Assembly: GCA_002952755.1 (NCBI GenBank)
Contig: CP025011.1
Coordinates: 1,410,001-1,442,000 of the forward strand
DNA length: 32,000 nucleotides
Source of the DNA: Candidatus Saccharimonadota bacterium
Lineage (GTDB): Bacteria > Patescibacteriota > Saccharimonadia > Saccharimonadales > UBA4665
Direction of reading: 5' to 3'
In this document: one piece after another, positions 1 through 8,707 of the stretch
Layout: every line of letters begins with the position of its first letter
Position numbering within the stretch: position 1 is the stretch's first letter
The notes under the pieces: generated by a model
The model's input: only the letters and a program-made list of their open reading frames with translations
Databases searched by the model: none
Told to the model about the DNA's origin: nothing
Position numbers and translations under genes: made by a program

Positions 1-43
1 GTCAGAAGTACCTCCTCGTGTATATGAAAATATCGTAGCTGCG

Positions 44-976
44 TTGAGTGATGAGGATGCGCTTACAAGGGATGCTCCTGAAGGCTCGCTAACGGGGCAG
101 ATCTGGGAGCAATTCGATACTGAACATGGTATGGGCAAGAACAGACGTGAAGATCCACGTTGGAGTAGTGGGAAAGACCGTGAAGCCGGCATAGACCCCG
201 ACAAAGACATCCTTCGGGGAGCGCCCGGCAGAGAAGAGATACAGCAGACACAGAGTGCTCCTGATTCTGTTGTCGAATCCAAAGGCCCCGATTTTCCCAT
301 CAGCATTGCCCCAGCAGAAATTATGCAAGGAGATAGTCAAGAAACGACTCCTGAGTCGTCACGCTGGCGAAAAATGCGCGGCTTCTTGGGCGTGGTGACA
401 CATCCTGGGGGTGCCATTGGCGCCAAACTCGCGGCGCGGGAGACTACTCCACAGGACGGGCAGCGTAGTCACTGGCGCCGTATCGCCACATTAGGAGCAG
501 TAGCAACTGCTGCTATGGTTGGCGCCTACCTTGGTATGAAATACGGGCACCATAGCGGTTCTGGCGGCAATGCACTCACACAAGTTCACCCTCCTCATGG
601 GGGTAGCGGTATGGAACAGTTACCCACACCTTCGGGTTCAGCCAATGTAGACGACGGGCTTCGCCTGCCCCATCCACACTTCACCGCACCAGCACACCCC
701 CCTATAGAAGTGCCGAAGACAAGCTACACTACAGTAGAGCTTGGAGAGTGGAAGCCAGGTCCTGGGGGACAGGGCACTGTATGGGGTGCAGCCTCCAATG
801 CCTTACGAAGCCAGGGTGTTCACAACCCATCCGGACCGCAAGTCTTGGAGGCATCACGTATAATTGCTAAAACGAGTGATATCCGCTGGGATAATGACAC
901 TCTAACGCATCTAAGTTCTACCCAAACCCTCAAAATACCTGTTGATCTAGCCGAACTTATAGATAAAAAATCATAG
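44..976 (+). CDS. hypothetical bitopic membrane protein
   Basis: 310-codon ORF from TTG at 44, with an in-frame stop at 38-40 and the first in-frame ATG at 131. One central hydrophobic segment (IATLGAVATAAMVGAYLGM). Gly/Pro/His-rich linker. No catalytic motif recognised. The C-terminal ~70 aa is only loosely LysM-like (ends QTLKIP). Confidence 0.5.
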   Translation: MSDEDALTRDAPEGSLTGQIWEQFDTEHGMGKNRREDPRWSSGKDREAGIDPDKDILRGAPGREEIQQTQSAPDSVVESKGPDFPISIAPAEIMQGDSQETTPESSRWRKMRGFLGVVTHPGGAIGAKLAARETTPQDGQRSHWRRIATLGAVATAAMVGAYLGMKYGHHSGSGGNALTQVHPPHGGSGMEQLPTPSGSANVDDGLRLPHPHFTAPAHPPIEVPKTSYTTVELGEWKPGPGGQGTVWGAASNALRSQGVHNPSGPQVLEASRIIAKTSDIRWDNDTLTHLSSTQTLKIPVDLAELIDKKS

Positions 977-1074
977 ACGATCTTGTGCTGACATTGATGC
1001 GCCAGCTACACGGCGCTTGGATTCGGTAACTACGGCGTAGGGCGTGAACGTGTTGAGTTACACTTGGGCGCCCT

Positions 1075-2448
1075 TTACGATTTGTGATTCGGGCGTTTGT
1101 GGAGTGCTGTACGGGCGCATTTGATTTCGTCGTAATCGCGTTTGACTACGCGGCGGGGGTCGCTATCGTCTTGCTGGAGATGGCGTAGTTCGGCGGCTTT
1201 GGGGCCATTACCTAATATTGATTTTTCGTGGCCCTTGCCCAGCAGCAGTACGATGTCGCCCTTTTTTGCCATATCGATGGCCGCCTGTACCGCTTCTTCG
1301 CGGTTATGGATTAAGAACAAATCGACACCGTCTTTCTTACCCGATTCGAGCGCACCTTCGGCAATTTGCTGCAGAATTTCGGTACCGTCGATATCGCGGT
1401 CATCTTCTTCGGTAGCGATCACTATGTCGCAGTCCCGGCCGGCAACCTTGCCTTGCATAGCTCGTTTAGCTTCATCGCGGCGGCCGGCAGAGCCGAAGAC
1501 AGCAATCAGCCGGCCTTTGGTGAGCGGACGGACTTCAGCAAAGAGTTTCTCGAAGCTTTCGGGCGTGTGCGCGTAGTCAACAATCACCTCGAAGTTCTGC
1601 CCCTCATCCACGCGCGTCATACGACCCTCAACAGCATGGAGGCTGGCAATACCCTTTTCGATTTGCGCTGGCGTAAGGCCAATAGCCCGCCCCACGCCTA
1701 CTGCAGCCAGCGTGTTATAAACATTAAAACTCCCTGGCAAATGACAAGTAATATGATAACTATCGCCCTCTATGGTGGCATTATAGCTGCTTCCACTAGG
1801 GGTAAGCTTGATGTCTTTTGCCCGCAGATTGCCTTTCTTAATGCCGTATGTGATGGGGTTTTTGACCGCCTTAGCGAACAGTCCCCCGCTTGGATCATCG
1901 GCATTAGCAACGCCGACGCGTAAGCCCTGCTTGTTGCGGTCTGTTTGGGTAAAGAGCATTTTTTTGGCATCGCGGTAACGCTCGAAGGTGCCGTGGTAGT
2001 CCAGATGCTCATGACCGATATTAGTCATAACAGATACGACGTATGGAATAGACCACACCCGGTGTTGCGCCAGCGCATGGCTGGTTGTTTCCAACACCAG
2101 CCACTCTGCGCCGCTGGCTTTGATCTTCTTGATTTTAGCTACCAGCGAGCCCACGCCCATGGTGGTCAATCGTGTGGGATTGGGTTGAGGGCCACTGCCA
2201 TCGCCGTAATCAACGGAGATAGTGGTCATCATAGCTACCTTGTAACCATTGGCCCGAAGCATGGCAGTAATGAGCGTACAGGTGGTAGTTTTGCCGTCGG
2301 TACCTGTCACGCCGATTACCTTTAGCCCCTTCGCCGGAAAACCAGCCCGGACCTGGGTAAGCACAGCCTCACCTAAATGACCATACGGCTCAACAGCCCG
2401 AAATACACCTCTAGGAACAATCTTCTTTACTAATGTACGCATGGGCAC
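1075..2448 (-). CDS. murE: Mur ligase family, MurE-type (UDP-MurNAc-L-Ala-D-Glu:diamino acid ligase), short N-terminus
   Basis: P-loop GVTGTDGKTTT plus the MurE hallmarks DYAHTP, FGSAGRRD and GKGHE. The P-loop sits at residue ~46, not ~110 as in E. coli MurE. The track start is GTG 2448. ATG 2442 lies 6 nt downstream of a TATACT box (2454-2449 on the minus strand), so a leaderless start at 2442 is plausible. Confidence 0.85.
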   Translation of the reverse strand: MPMRTLVKKIVPRGVFRAVEPYGHLGEAVLTQVRAGFPAKGLKVIGVTGTDGKTTTCTLITAMLRANGYKVAMMTTISVDYGDGSGPQPNPTRLTTMGVGSLVAKIKKIKASGAEWLVLETTSHALAQHRVWSIPYVVSVMTNIGHEHLDYHGTFERYRDAKKMLFTQTDRNKQGLRVGVANADDPSGGLFAKAVKNPITYGIKKGNLRAKDIKLTPSGSSYNATIEGDSYHITCHLPGSFNVYNTLAAVGVGRAIGLTPAQIEKGIASLHAVEGRMTRVDEGQNFEVIVDYAHTPESFEKLFAEVRPLTKGRLIAVFGSAGRRDEAKRAMQGKVAGRDCDIVIATEEDDRDIDGTEILQQIAEGALESGKKDGVDLFLIHNREEAVQAAIDMAKKGDIVLLLGKGHEKSILGNGPKAAELRHLQQDDSDPRRVVKRDYDEIKCARTALHKRPNHKS

Positions 2449-2516
2449 AGTATACGACCGGCACTCACCTTACACCAGGCATAGAATCAGCACAGTCTTG
2501 AAAGTTTAGGCTGTTG

Positions 2517-4100
2517 TTAGCGTTGGTAATCGTCATCCTCTGCAGCCTGTCTCAACATTTCTTCCAATGTTTTCTCTGGCGTGAGAGGTGCGTAAAAAAT
2601 ATTACCCTTGTATTCACGATTTATCCTAAATGCCCCTGTAGTACCGCCGGGTACTACAGCCCCAATCTTAATAAGCTGTTCGAGTAGGGCTTGCTGGCCT
2701 CTAAAGCCTGGCATAAACGCCTCTTCAAACTCGTCCAGACGAAAGCCGTCTTCTAGTGACCAGGCAATGCCAGCGGCATACTTCAGGTCCTTCATCTGCC
2801 CGGGGTCAGGTTTAAAACCTAAAAGTTTTAATTCTTCAGGGGTTAGAGCGTTGGGGTCACTAGTCTGTTCAGATTTGTTTTCAGACGTAGAGCGAAGCCC
2901 CGGGCCCGGGGCTTCGCGAGCTAACATCCCCAGATGGTCAAGATCATCACCTAACTGCTCTAATGGCTGTTGGACGACGTCAACAAAAGCAGGATGCATC
3001 GTTGCCGTTGCTTCTGCGCCCACATCGCGTTGCCTGACTGCCTGGACAGGAGGTCTTTGGGAATCTGGCGGTACATTTACTTCTGAAGGGGGCGGCTCTG
3101 CCTGGTTATAGAACGTTCCAGGACTTGCAGTTTGGTGGCTTGGATGAATGGCACCGTGGGGATCGGGCTGTTGCCGCACTGGAGGAGTTCGTTTTGGAGA
3201 CGGGTTTGGCTCGGAACGCGACGGGCGGGTTGCAGGTCTTGCTGCCCGGGCATGATCTATCTGGGTAGCGATGCGGTCAAAAACCGAATCGGCGACCGCA
3301 ATAGCGCGGCCTCTCTCGAATGCTTCTAACTGTGGCCCTACTGCATCGTATTTTTCCCTTGCCCTTGTTAGATCATGGGCACGCTGCCCCTCTAAAGACG
3401 ATTGATGGGTTCTCAGCATTACCAGGAATGCTGCAGTCGAAGCAGCATCTCGCATTTTCTTTGCGTTCTGCCCGTTATCCGAAAAGGGGAAGCTTGCCTC
3501 ATATGCCCGCTCAGCAATCGCTTGCCGATCAGCAACCCCAATCTCCCGCCGAAGCCCAGGGTTGGTTGCGAGTGCTGTCAAGAAATCATTCGCCCGTTGA
3601 TTGCCGTAGGCATCGGCGTCTGGCAAACGGTTTGCGCAAAGACTACGAGCATCTGCCTCGGTCATAGTATTCTGTTGAAAACGCCCGTCAGTGCGTACCG
3701 CCTCAGCAAGAACCGTTTGTTTCGCATGCTGTCCAATCGTGCGACGTGCCAAGGCGTTCTCTGCTGCCTGATGCGCATTCAGTACCCCTTGCGCAGCAGT
3801 AACGACTTCGTCCCACTCTGCTACCCTACTAAATCGTTCAAGCAAACGACCATCTTCTATTGGAGTGAGCCCCGTACGTTGACCATTCGCCAGCCGCCAA
3901 GCAATCCGGACTTGATCTGGTCCCAGATAATCATTTTGTAACTGCTCGATCCGGGGCAAGCTAGGATCGGTCGTGACTTCTGATACGATTGCATCCACAT
4001 CAAAACTAGGCTGCCTATACGCTGCCCTGACAGGCATGGGCATTGGAGGCGGAACGCGCAAAGTATCGTCGGGTCCAAACCCGAATTCTGAGGCTGACAT
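2517..4100 (-). CDS. hypothetical soluble protein with Pro-rich central linker
   Basis: 527-codon ORF with no TM segment or signal peptide. Ala/Arg/Asp-rich N-terminal half, a ~100-aa Pro/Ser/Gln low-complexity centre, and a compact C-terminal ~110 aa. No known motif recognised. Confidence 0.6.
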   Translation of the reverse strand: MSASEFGFGPDDTLRVPPPMPMPVRAAYRQPSFDVDAIVSEVTTDPSLPRIEQLQNDYLGPDQVRIAWRLANGQRTGLTPIEDGRLLERFSRVAEWDEVVTAAQGVLNAHQAAENALARRTIGQHAKQTVLAEAVRTDGRFQQNTMTEADARSLCANRLPDADAYGNQRANDFLTALATNPGLRREIGVADRQAIAERAYEASFPFSDNGQNAKKMRDAASTAAFLVMLRTHQSSLEGQRAHDLTRAREKYDAVGPQLEAFERGRAIAVADSVFDRIATQIDHARAARPATRPSRSEPNPSPKRTPPVRQQPDPHGAIHPSHQTASPGTFYNQAEPPPSEVNVPPDSQRPPVQAVRQRDVGAEATATMHPAFVDVVQQPLEQLGDDLDHLGMLAREAPGPGLRSTSENKSEQTSDPNALTPEELKLLGFKPDPGQMKDLKYAAGIAWSLEDGFRLDEFEEAFMPGFRGQQALLEQLIKIGAVVPGGTTGAFRINREYKGNIFYAPLTPEKTLEEMLRQAAEDDDYQR

Positions 4101-4165
4101 AATTACTAATTAATAGCATAAAATTACAATATAGTCAATGGGGAATTCCGTCGATTTCCTATGTT

Positions 4166-5242
4166 ATGCTGGGCACTAGAATGATTGTGCTGGGTATTGA
4201 GTCGAGTTGCGATGAAACGGCCGTAGGCGTGGTGCAGGACGGCCACATGCTGCGAAGCAACATTGTGGCTAGCAGTATGAGTCTGCATGCCCAGTACGGT
4301 GGTGTGGTACCGGAGATTGCAGCACGCAGCCATATTGAGGCAATTATACCGGTCATCGAAGAAGCTCTAGCGGCCGCCAAGTGCACCTGGAATGACATTG
4401 ACGCCATTGCCGTCACCTATGGTGCCGGCCTTAATGGCAGCTTGCTGATCGGCGTGCTCGCTGCGCGCACGTTGGCAATTATCAAACGTAAGCCGTTGTA
4501 TGCCGTCAATCACGTTATCGGGCATATCTACGCTAATTTTCTTACCCAAACGACGCTGAAGGGTTACCAGATGCGCAGGCAGCAGCCTGAATTCCCCATG
4601 CTGGGTATTATTGTAAGCGGCGGCCACAGCCAGCTGGCTATCTGGCGCAACCATTTCGACTACACACTACTGGGGCAAACCCAAGACGATGCCATTGGCG
4701 AGGCCTTCGACAAGGTAGCTAAAATTATCGGCTTGCCCTACCCTGGTGGTATCAATGTGTCGCGCCTTGCCCAGCAGGGTAACAGAGACGCCTTCCAGCT
4801 CCCCAAGGCACGGATGGCCGGTAAGTACGACTTCAGCTTTAGTGGTATCAAGACAGCCGTGCTGCGCCTGGCTCAGGAGCAAGTCGGCAAAGATTACTCC
4901 CTTCCCTCCTACGAGTTATCCGGACTTCTGAATGAACAGCAAAAGGCCGATATCGCCGCCAGCTTCCAGCGTGTAGCCTGCGAAACGATTGCCGATAAAG
5001 CCTTGCTCGCCTACCAGGAGTTTGTGCCGAAGAGCGTCGTCGTAGGCGGCGGCGTGGCGGCAAACACCGAGCTGCGCGAATGCCTGGCTCGCACACTTCC
5101 CTACTCTATCGAATACCTGGACCTTAAACTATGCGGCGATAACGGCGCCATGATCGCTGCTCTGGGCTGCTTCCACGCCATGGAGCAGCAAGCTACCGCC
5201 AACCCGTATACCCTCGAAACAGCCCCTAACCTCTCAATGTAA
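4166..5242 (+). CDS. tsaD: tRNA N6-adenosine threonylcarbamoyltransferase TsaD (Kae1/Gcp family)
   Basis: N-terminal VLGIESSCDETAVGVV signature, and the rest of the sequence also looks TsaD-like. The true start may be the second ATG at 4181 (MIVLGIESSCDE). Confidence 0.95.
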   Translation: MLGTRMIVLGIESSCDETAVGVVQDGHMLRSNIVASSMSLHAQYGGVVPEIAARSHIEAIIPVIEEALAAAKCTWNDIDAIAVTYGAGLNGSLLIGVLAARTLAIIKRKPLYAVNHVIGHIYANFLTQTTLKGYQMRRQQPEFPMLGIIVSGGHSQLAIWRNHFDYTLLGQTQDDAIGEAFDKVAKIIGLPYPGGINVSRLAQQGNRDAFQLPKARMAGKYDFSFSGIKTAVLRLAQEQVGKDYSLPSYELSGLLNEQQKADIAASFQRVACETIADKALLAYQEFVPKSVVVGGGVAANTELRECLARTLPYSIEYLDLKLCGDNGAMIAALGCFHAMEQQATANPYTLETAPNLSM

Positions 5243-5628
5243 CCCCCTGCCCTTTAGTAACACGGCCTTTTGGGCTACCGTTTTCTATGCCATGTCGGAC
5301 TTGATCCGTCATCCAGACGAATAACAGAAGTCATCTGTATTCTGAGACGGGTTCAGAATGACGAGAATACGATGCATTACTTTTTGAGCTTGCAATGTCG
5401 GGGAACTTGTCTTACGCTTGCGCTGCAAAAACAAACACGTTCGAAAAAACACTATCTACGGATCGTTCCTTTAATAGACAAAATGCAAACAAAAATACCC
5501 TACATTTTTAGGTTAGTTAAAGGTGGGCTTTCACGTGGAAAGCTTTGTTTGCGTTGAACTCAGATTAGAAGACATGACTATTCATGTAGCTGGCTCTCAA
5601 TTAACAGAGGTGGCCAAACGTGCCGTAA

Positions 5629-5668
5629 GGTGGTATTCTTAGGTTGCAACGTAAACTAAATCTAAGGA
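5629..5668 (+). promoter_or_regulatory. possible SD-sequestering helix with T-box-like GGUGGUA core in the valS leader
   Basis: TTCTTAG (5636-5642) can pair with CTAAGGA (5662-5668), which contains the valS Shine-Dalgarno sequence. GGTGGTA (5629-5635) just upstream resembles the T-box core GGGUGGUACC. The intergenic leader is ~430 nt. Stem I and the specifier were not identified. Confidence 0.25.
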
Positions 5669-5675
5669 TGCGACT

Positions 5676-8225
5676 ATGAAGCTACCGAAAGTGTACGAGC
5701 CGTCGTTGTACGAGGCCGACATCTACGCACTCTGGGAGAAATCCCAGGCTTTTCTGCCACGTAAGACAGGGAAGAGCTACTCGGTCGTCGTCCCTCCACC
5801 CAACGCCAACGGTAACCTCCACCTGGGGCATGCTATTACGCTGGGCCTGCAAGATATTGCCGTTCGGTATCACAGAGCACGCGGCGAACGTGCGTTGCTG
5901 CTGCCCGGTGCTGATCACGCTGGCTTTGAAACTCAAGCCGTGTACGAAAACTTTCTAGCCAAAGAAGGGAAGAGCCGCTTCGACTTTACCCGCGAAGAAC
6001 TGTACTCAAACATCTGGGACTTTGTAGCTCAAAACAGAGACAACTACCAAGGGCAATTTCGGCGTCTGGGTGCGAGTGTCGACTGGAGTCGCCACTCGTT
6101 TACGCTCGATGAAAAGATTGTCAAACGCGCCTATGCTACCTTTCGCAAGATGTGGGATGAAGGACTCATCTACCGCGGCGAACGCCTTGTAAACTACTGT
6201 ACCTTCCACCGCACTGGCTTTGCCGACATCGAAGTTATTTATAAAGAGGCAAAAACTCCGCTGTACTACATGAAATACGGGCCTTTTACCTTGGCCACGA
6301 CCCGTCCGGAGACTAAGTTTGGTGACACCGCTGTGGCTGTACATCCTGACGATGAGCGTTACCAGAAGTATGTAGGGCAGGTGGTAGAAGTAGAGGGGGT
6401 CAATGGCCCGTTCACTGTACAAGTCGTGGCTGATGAAATGGTAGATCCTAACTTCGGTACAGGCGTCGTAAAGATAACCCCCGCCCACTCGTTTGACGAC
6501 TGGGAGGTTGCCCAGCGCCATAATCTGCCGGCGAAACGAATTATCAACCACGACGGTACGCTCAATCATCTGACGGGGAGGTTCGAGGGCATGACCGTGC
6601 TCGAGGCCCGAAGAGCAGTTGTGGCAGCGCTCAAAGAAAAAGACTTACTGATCAAAGTAGACGAAAATTATCAAAACCGCATGGGGCATTGCTACAAATG
6701 CGATACCATCATCGAGCCCATGCTCATGGAACAGTGGTTCGTCGATATGCAGCCGCTGGCCAAACCAGCTATCGCTGCTTTGCAAGCAGGGAAGATCGCC
6801 TTTTATCCAGAGAGCAAGAAAACACAACTCATCACCTATCTCAAAAATCTCAGAGACTGGAATATCAGCCGGCAGATCGCCTGGGGCATTCCGATCCCCG
6901 CCTACCAAAATGTCGACGATACCGACGACTGGATCTATAATGCCGACGACCTAACGCAAGAAATCATCGAAAAAGACGGCAAAACCTACCGCCGCGACCC
7001 TGACGTCTTCGACACCTGGTTCAGTAGCAGCTCGTGGCCCTACGCCACACTCAATTACCCCGATGACGCTGATTACAAAGACTTCTACCCGCTCAGTCTA
7101 ATGGAGACGGGATTCGACATCCTCTTCCCCTGGGTCAGCCGCATGTTGATGCTCGGCTTGTACGTCACTAATGACGCGCCATTCAAGGCCGTATATTTGC
7201 ACGGTCTGATTCTCGACGAACATGGCCAGAAGATGAGCAAGAGCAAAGGCAATGTCGTAAACCCCATGGACATTATCGACGAATATGGATCCGATGCGTT
7301 GCGTATGGGCATCATCACTGGCATGTCCGCAGGGAACAACCAGCCGTTTGGGGTGCCGAAGGTGATTAGTGCACGTAACTTTGCCAATAAGCTGTGGAAT
7401 ATTGCCCGTTACATCGAAAGTGTCATTCCCAGGGCGCCGCAAGGTGAAATCATTCCTCGCACCGATGCCGACCATTGGATCCTAAGTCGCCTAGATACCA
7501 CCGTAACTACTATTGCTGATTGCCTCGACGCCTACCATTTCTCAGAAGCATATGAAACGCTGTATCACTTTGTCTGGGACGATTTTGCCGATTGGTATCT
7601 GGAGGCCGCTAAGGCCGAGGAAAATCTGCCACTGCTGGCTTTACTCCTCCAATCGATCCTTAAGATTGCGCACCCGTTTGCGCCGTTCGTCACCGAGACT
7701 ATCTGGCAAACCCTCAATTGGGCACCCGATACATTGCTCGCGATTACCGCCTGGCCAGAAGACTTGCCTGAGTATGACAAAAAGCGAGTGAGCAGCTTCA
7801 CCGAACTGAAGATAATCGTTACCGAAATTCGTGCTATAGCCAAAGCAGTGGGGATTCAAAAAATGGAGGCCAGCTATGCACAGTCGCCCCTTATTGCCGA
7901 TAATCAAACGCTCATCAAGCGTCTCGCGCGCCTTGGGGCGCTGACGGAGGTAACCGAAGGCCAGGGGGTGCAATTAACGCAAACCAAAGAGCACGTCTGG
8001 CTCACTATTGACTATTCAGCTGCCAGGCACTACACCGATACACTTGCCGGGGAGGCAGCGTCCGAAAAAGCAGCTATTGAGCGACTCGAAGCACGCCTTA
8101 ATAACAAAAACTACACCGAACATGCGCCAAAGGCCATCGTTGCTGAGTCGCAGGCCCAACTGCAAGCCGCCCAAGACCATTTGCAGGCCATTGAGCAGGA
8201 AATTGCCCGCTTCCAAACTAGCTAG
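5676..8225 (+). CDS. valS: valine--tRNA ligase
   Basis: HIGH motif PPPNANGNLHLGHA and KMSKS motif KMSKSKGN. ValRS-type editing region (TTRPETKFGDTAVAVHP) and C-terminal coiled coil. AAGGA Shine-Dalgarno 7 nt upstream of the ATG. Confidence 0.97.
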   Translation: MKLPKVYEPSLYEADIYALWEKSQAFLPRKTGKSYSVVVPPPNANGNLHLGHAITLGLQDIAVRYHRARGERALLLPGADHAGFETQAVYENFLAKEGKSRFDFTREELYSNIWDFVAQNRDNYQGQFRRLGASVDWSRHSFTLDEKIVKRAYATFRKMWDEGLIYRGERLVNYCTFHRTGFADIEVIYKEAKTPLYYMKYGPFTLATTRPETKFGDTAVAVHPDDERYQKYVGQVVEVEGVNGPFTVQVVADEMVDPNFGTGVVKITPAHSFDDWEVAQRHNLPAKRIINHDGTLNHLTGRFEGMTVLEARRAVVAALKEKDLLIKVDENYQNRMGHCYKCDTIIEPMLMEQWFVDMQPLAKPAIAALQAGKIAFYPESKKTQLITYLKNLRDWNISRQIAWGIPIPAYQNVDDTDDWIYNADDLTQEIIEKDGKTYRRDPDVFDTWFSSSSWPYATLNYPDDADYKDFYPLSLMETGFDILFPWVSRMLMLGLYVTNDAPFKAVYLHGLILDEHGQKMSKSKGNVVNPMDIIDEYGSDALRMGIITGMSAGNNQPFGVPKVISARNFANKLWNIARYIESVIPRAPQGEIIPRTDADHWILSRLDTTVTTIADCLDAYHFSEAYETLYHFVWDDFADWYLEAAKAEENLPLLALLLQSILKIAHPFAPFVTETIWQTLNWAPDTLLAITAWPEDLPEYDKKRVSSFTELKIIVTEIRAIAKAVGIQKMEASYAQSPLIADNQTLIKRLARLGALTEVTEGQGVQLTQTKEHVWLTIDYSAARHYTDTLAGEAASEKAAIERLEARLNNKNYTEHAPKAIVAESQAQLQAAQDHLQAIEQEIARFQTS

Positions 8226-8256
8226 ATATTGCAACAAAATCGCAATATAGTACAAT
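8226..8256 (+). promoter_or_regulatory. promoter of the Fur-family gene with overlapping inverted-repeat operator candidate
   Basis: -35 TTGCAA (8229-8234), 16-nt spacer, -10 TACAAT (8251-8256). The ATG at 8263 lies 6 nt after the -10, so the mRNA would be leaderless. Inverted repeat ATATTGC(8226-8232)-N9-GCAATAT(8242-8248) overlaps the -35 and spacer. Confidence 0.5.
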
Positions 8257-8262
8257 CAGTGC

Positions 8263-8682
8263 ATGAGTTCCGCACGTGATGATTTTATTGACATCCTGAA
8301 AAACAACCAACAGAGCGTTACCAAAGCGCGTTTGAGCGTATTTGAGGCGCTTCTGGGACAGGAACCGCTCGATATGCACACATTAGTGGCCCGGGTGCCC
8401 AAAACCGATCGTGCAAGCGTATATCGCGCCGTAGAATTATTCGAGCGGCTGGACATTGTGCAGCGATTGCATACCGGCTGGAAGTATAAACTGGAACTAA
8501 CCGATAAATTTACTGCGCACCACCACCATCTCACCTGCATCAACTGCGGTCGCACTATACCGATGAACGAAGCCGAGCTGGAACGGGTGATCGAAGATCT
8601 CGCCAAGGCTCACCACTTTCGCCCCACCGCCCACCAGATAGAGCTGCAAGGGTACTGCCATCGATGCTCCGCAGTGAGTTAA
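8263..8682 (+). CDS. Fur family transcriptional regulator (Fur/Zur/PerR type)
   Basis: 139 aa. Winged-helix N-terminus (RASVYRAVELFERLDIVQRL), metal-site HHHHLTCINCG and a C-terminal CHRC pair, as is typical of the Fur family. Confidence 0.85.
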   Translation: MSSARDDFIDILKNNQQSVTKARLSVFEALLGQEPLDMHTLVARVPKTDRASVYRAVELFERLDIVQRLHTGWKYKLELTDKFTAHHHHLTCINCGRTIPMNEAELERVIEDLAKAHHFRPTAHQIELQGYCHRCSAVS

Positions 8683-8707
8683 AAACGCAACTCAGCCTCA
8701 CGACTAC

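Noticed and set aside
1142-2325. Plus-strand ORFs (1142-1576, 1218-1415, 1366-1923, 1945-2325) inside the murE region
   Set aside because: They lie antisense to a well-supported Mur ligase CDS. Their translations are Ser/Arg/Ala-rich low-complexity mirror-frame products with no motifs.
5270-5557. 95-codon ORF in the tsaD-valS intergenic region
   Set aside because: It has no RBS. Its basic, Cys/Arg/Leu-rich composition is unlike the neighbouring proteins, and it crosses several hairpins. It is more likely part of a structured valS leader.
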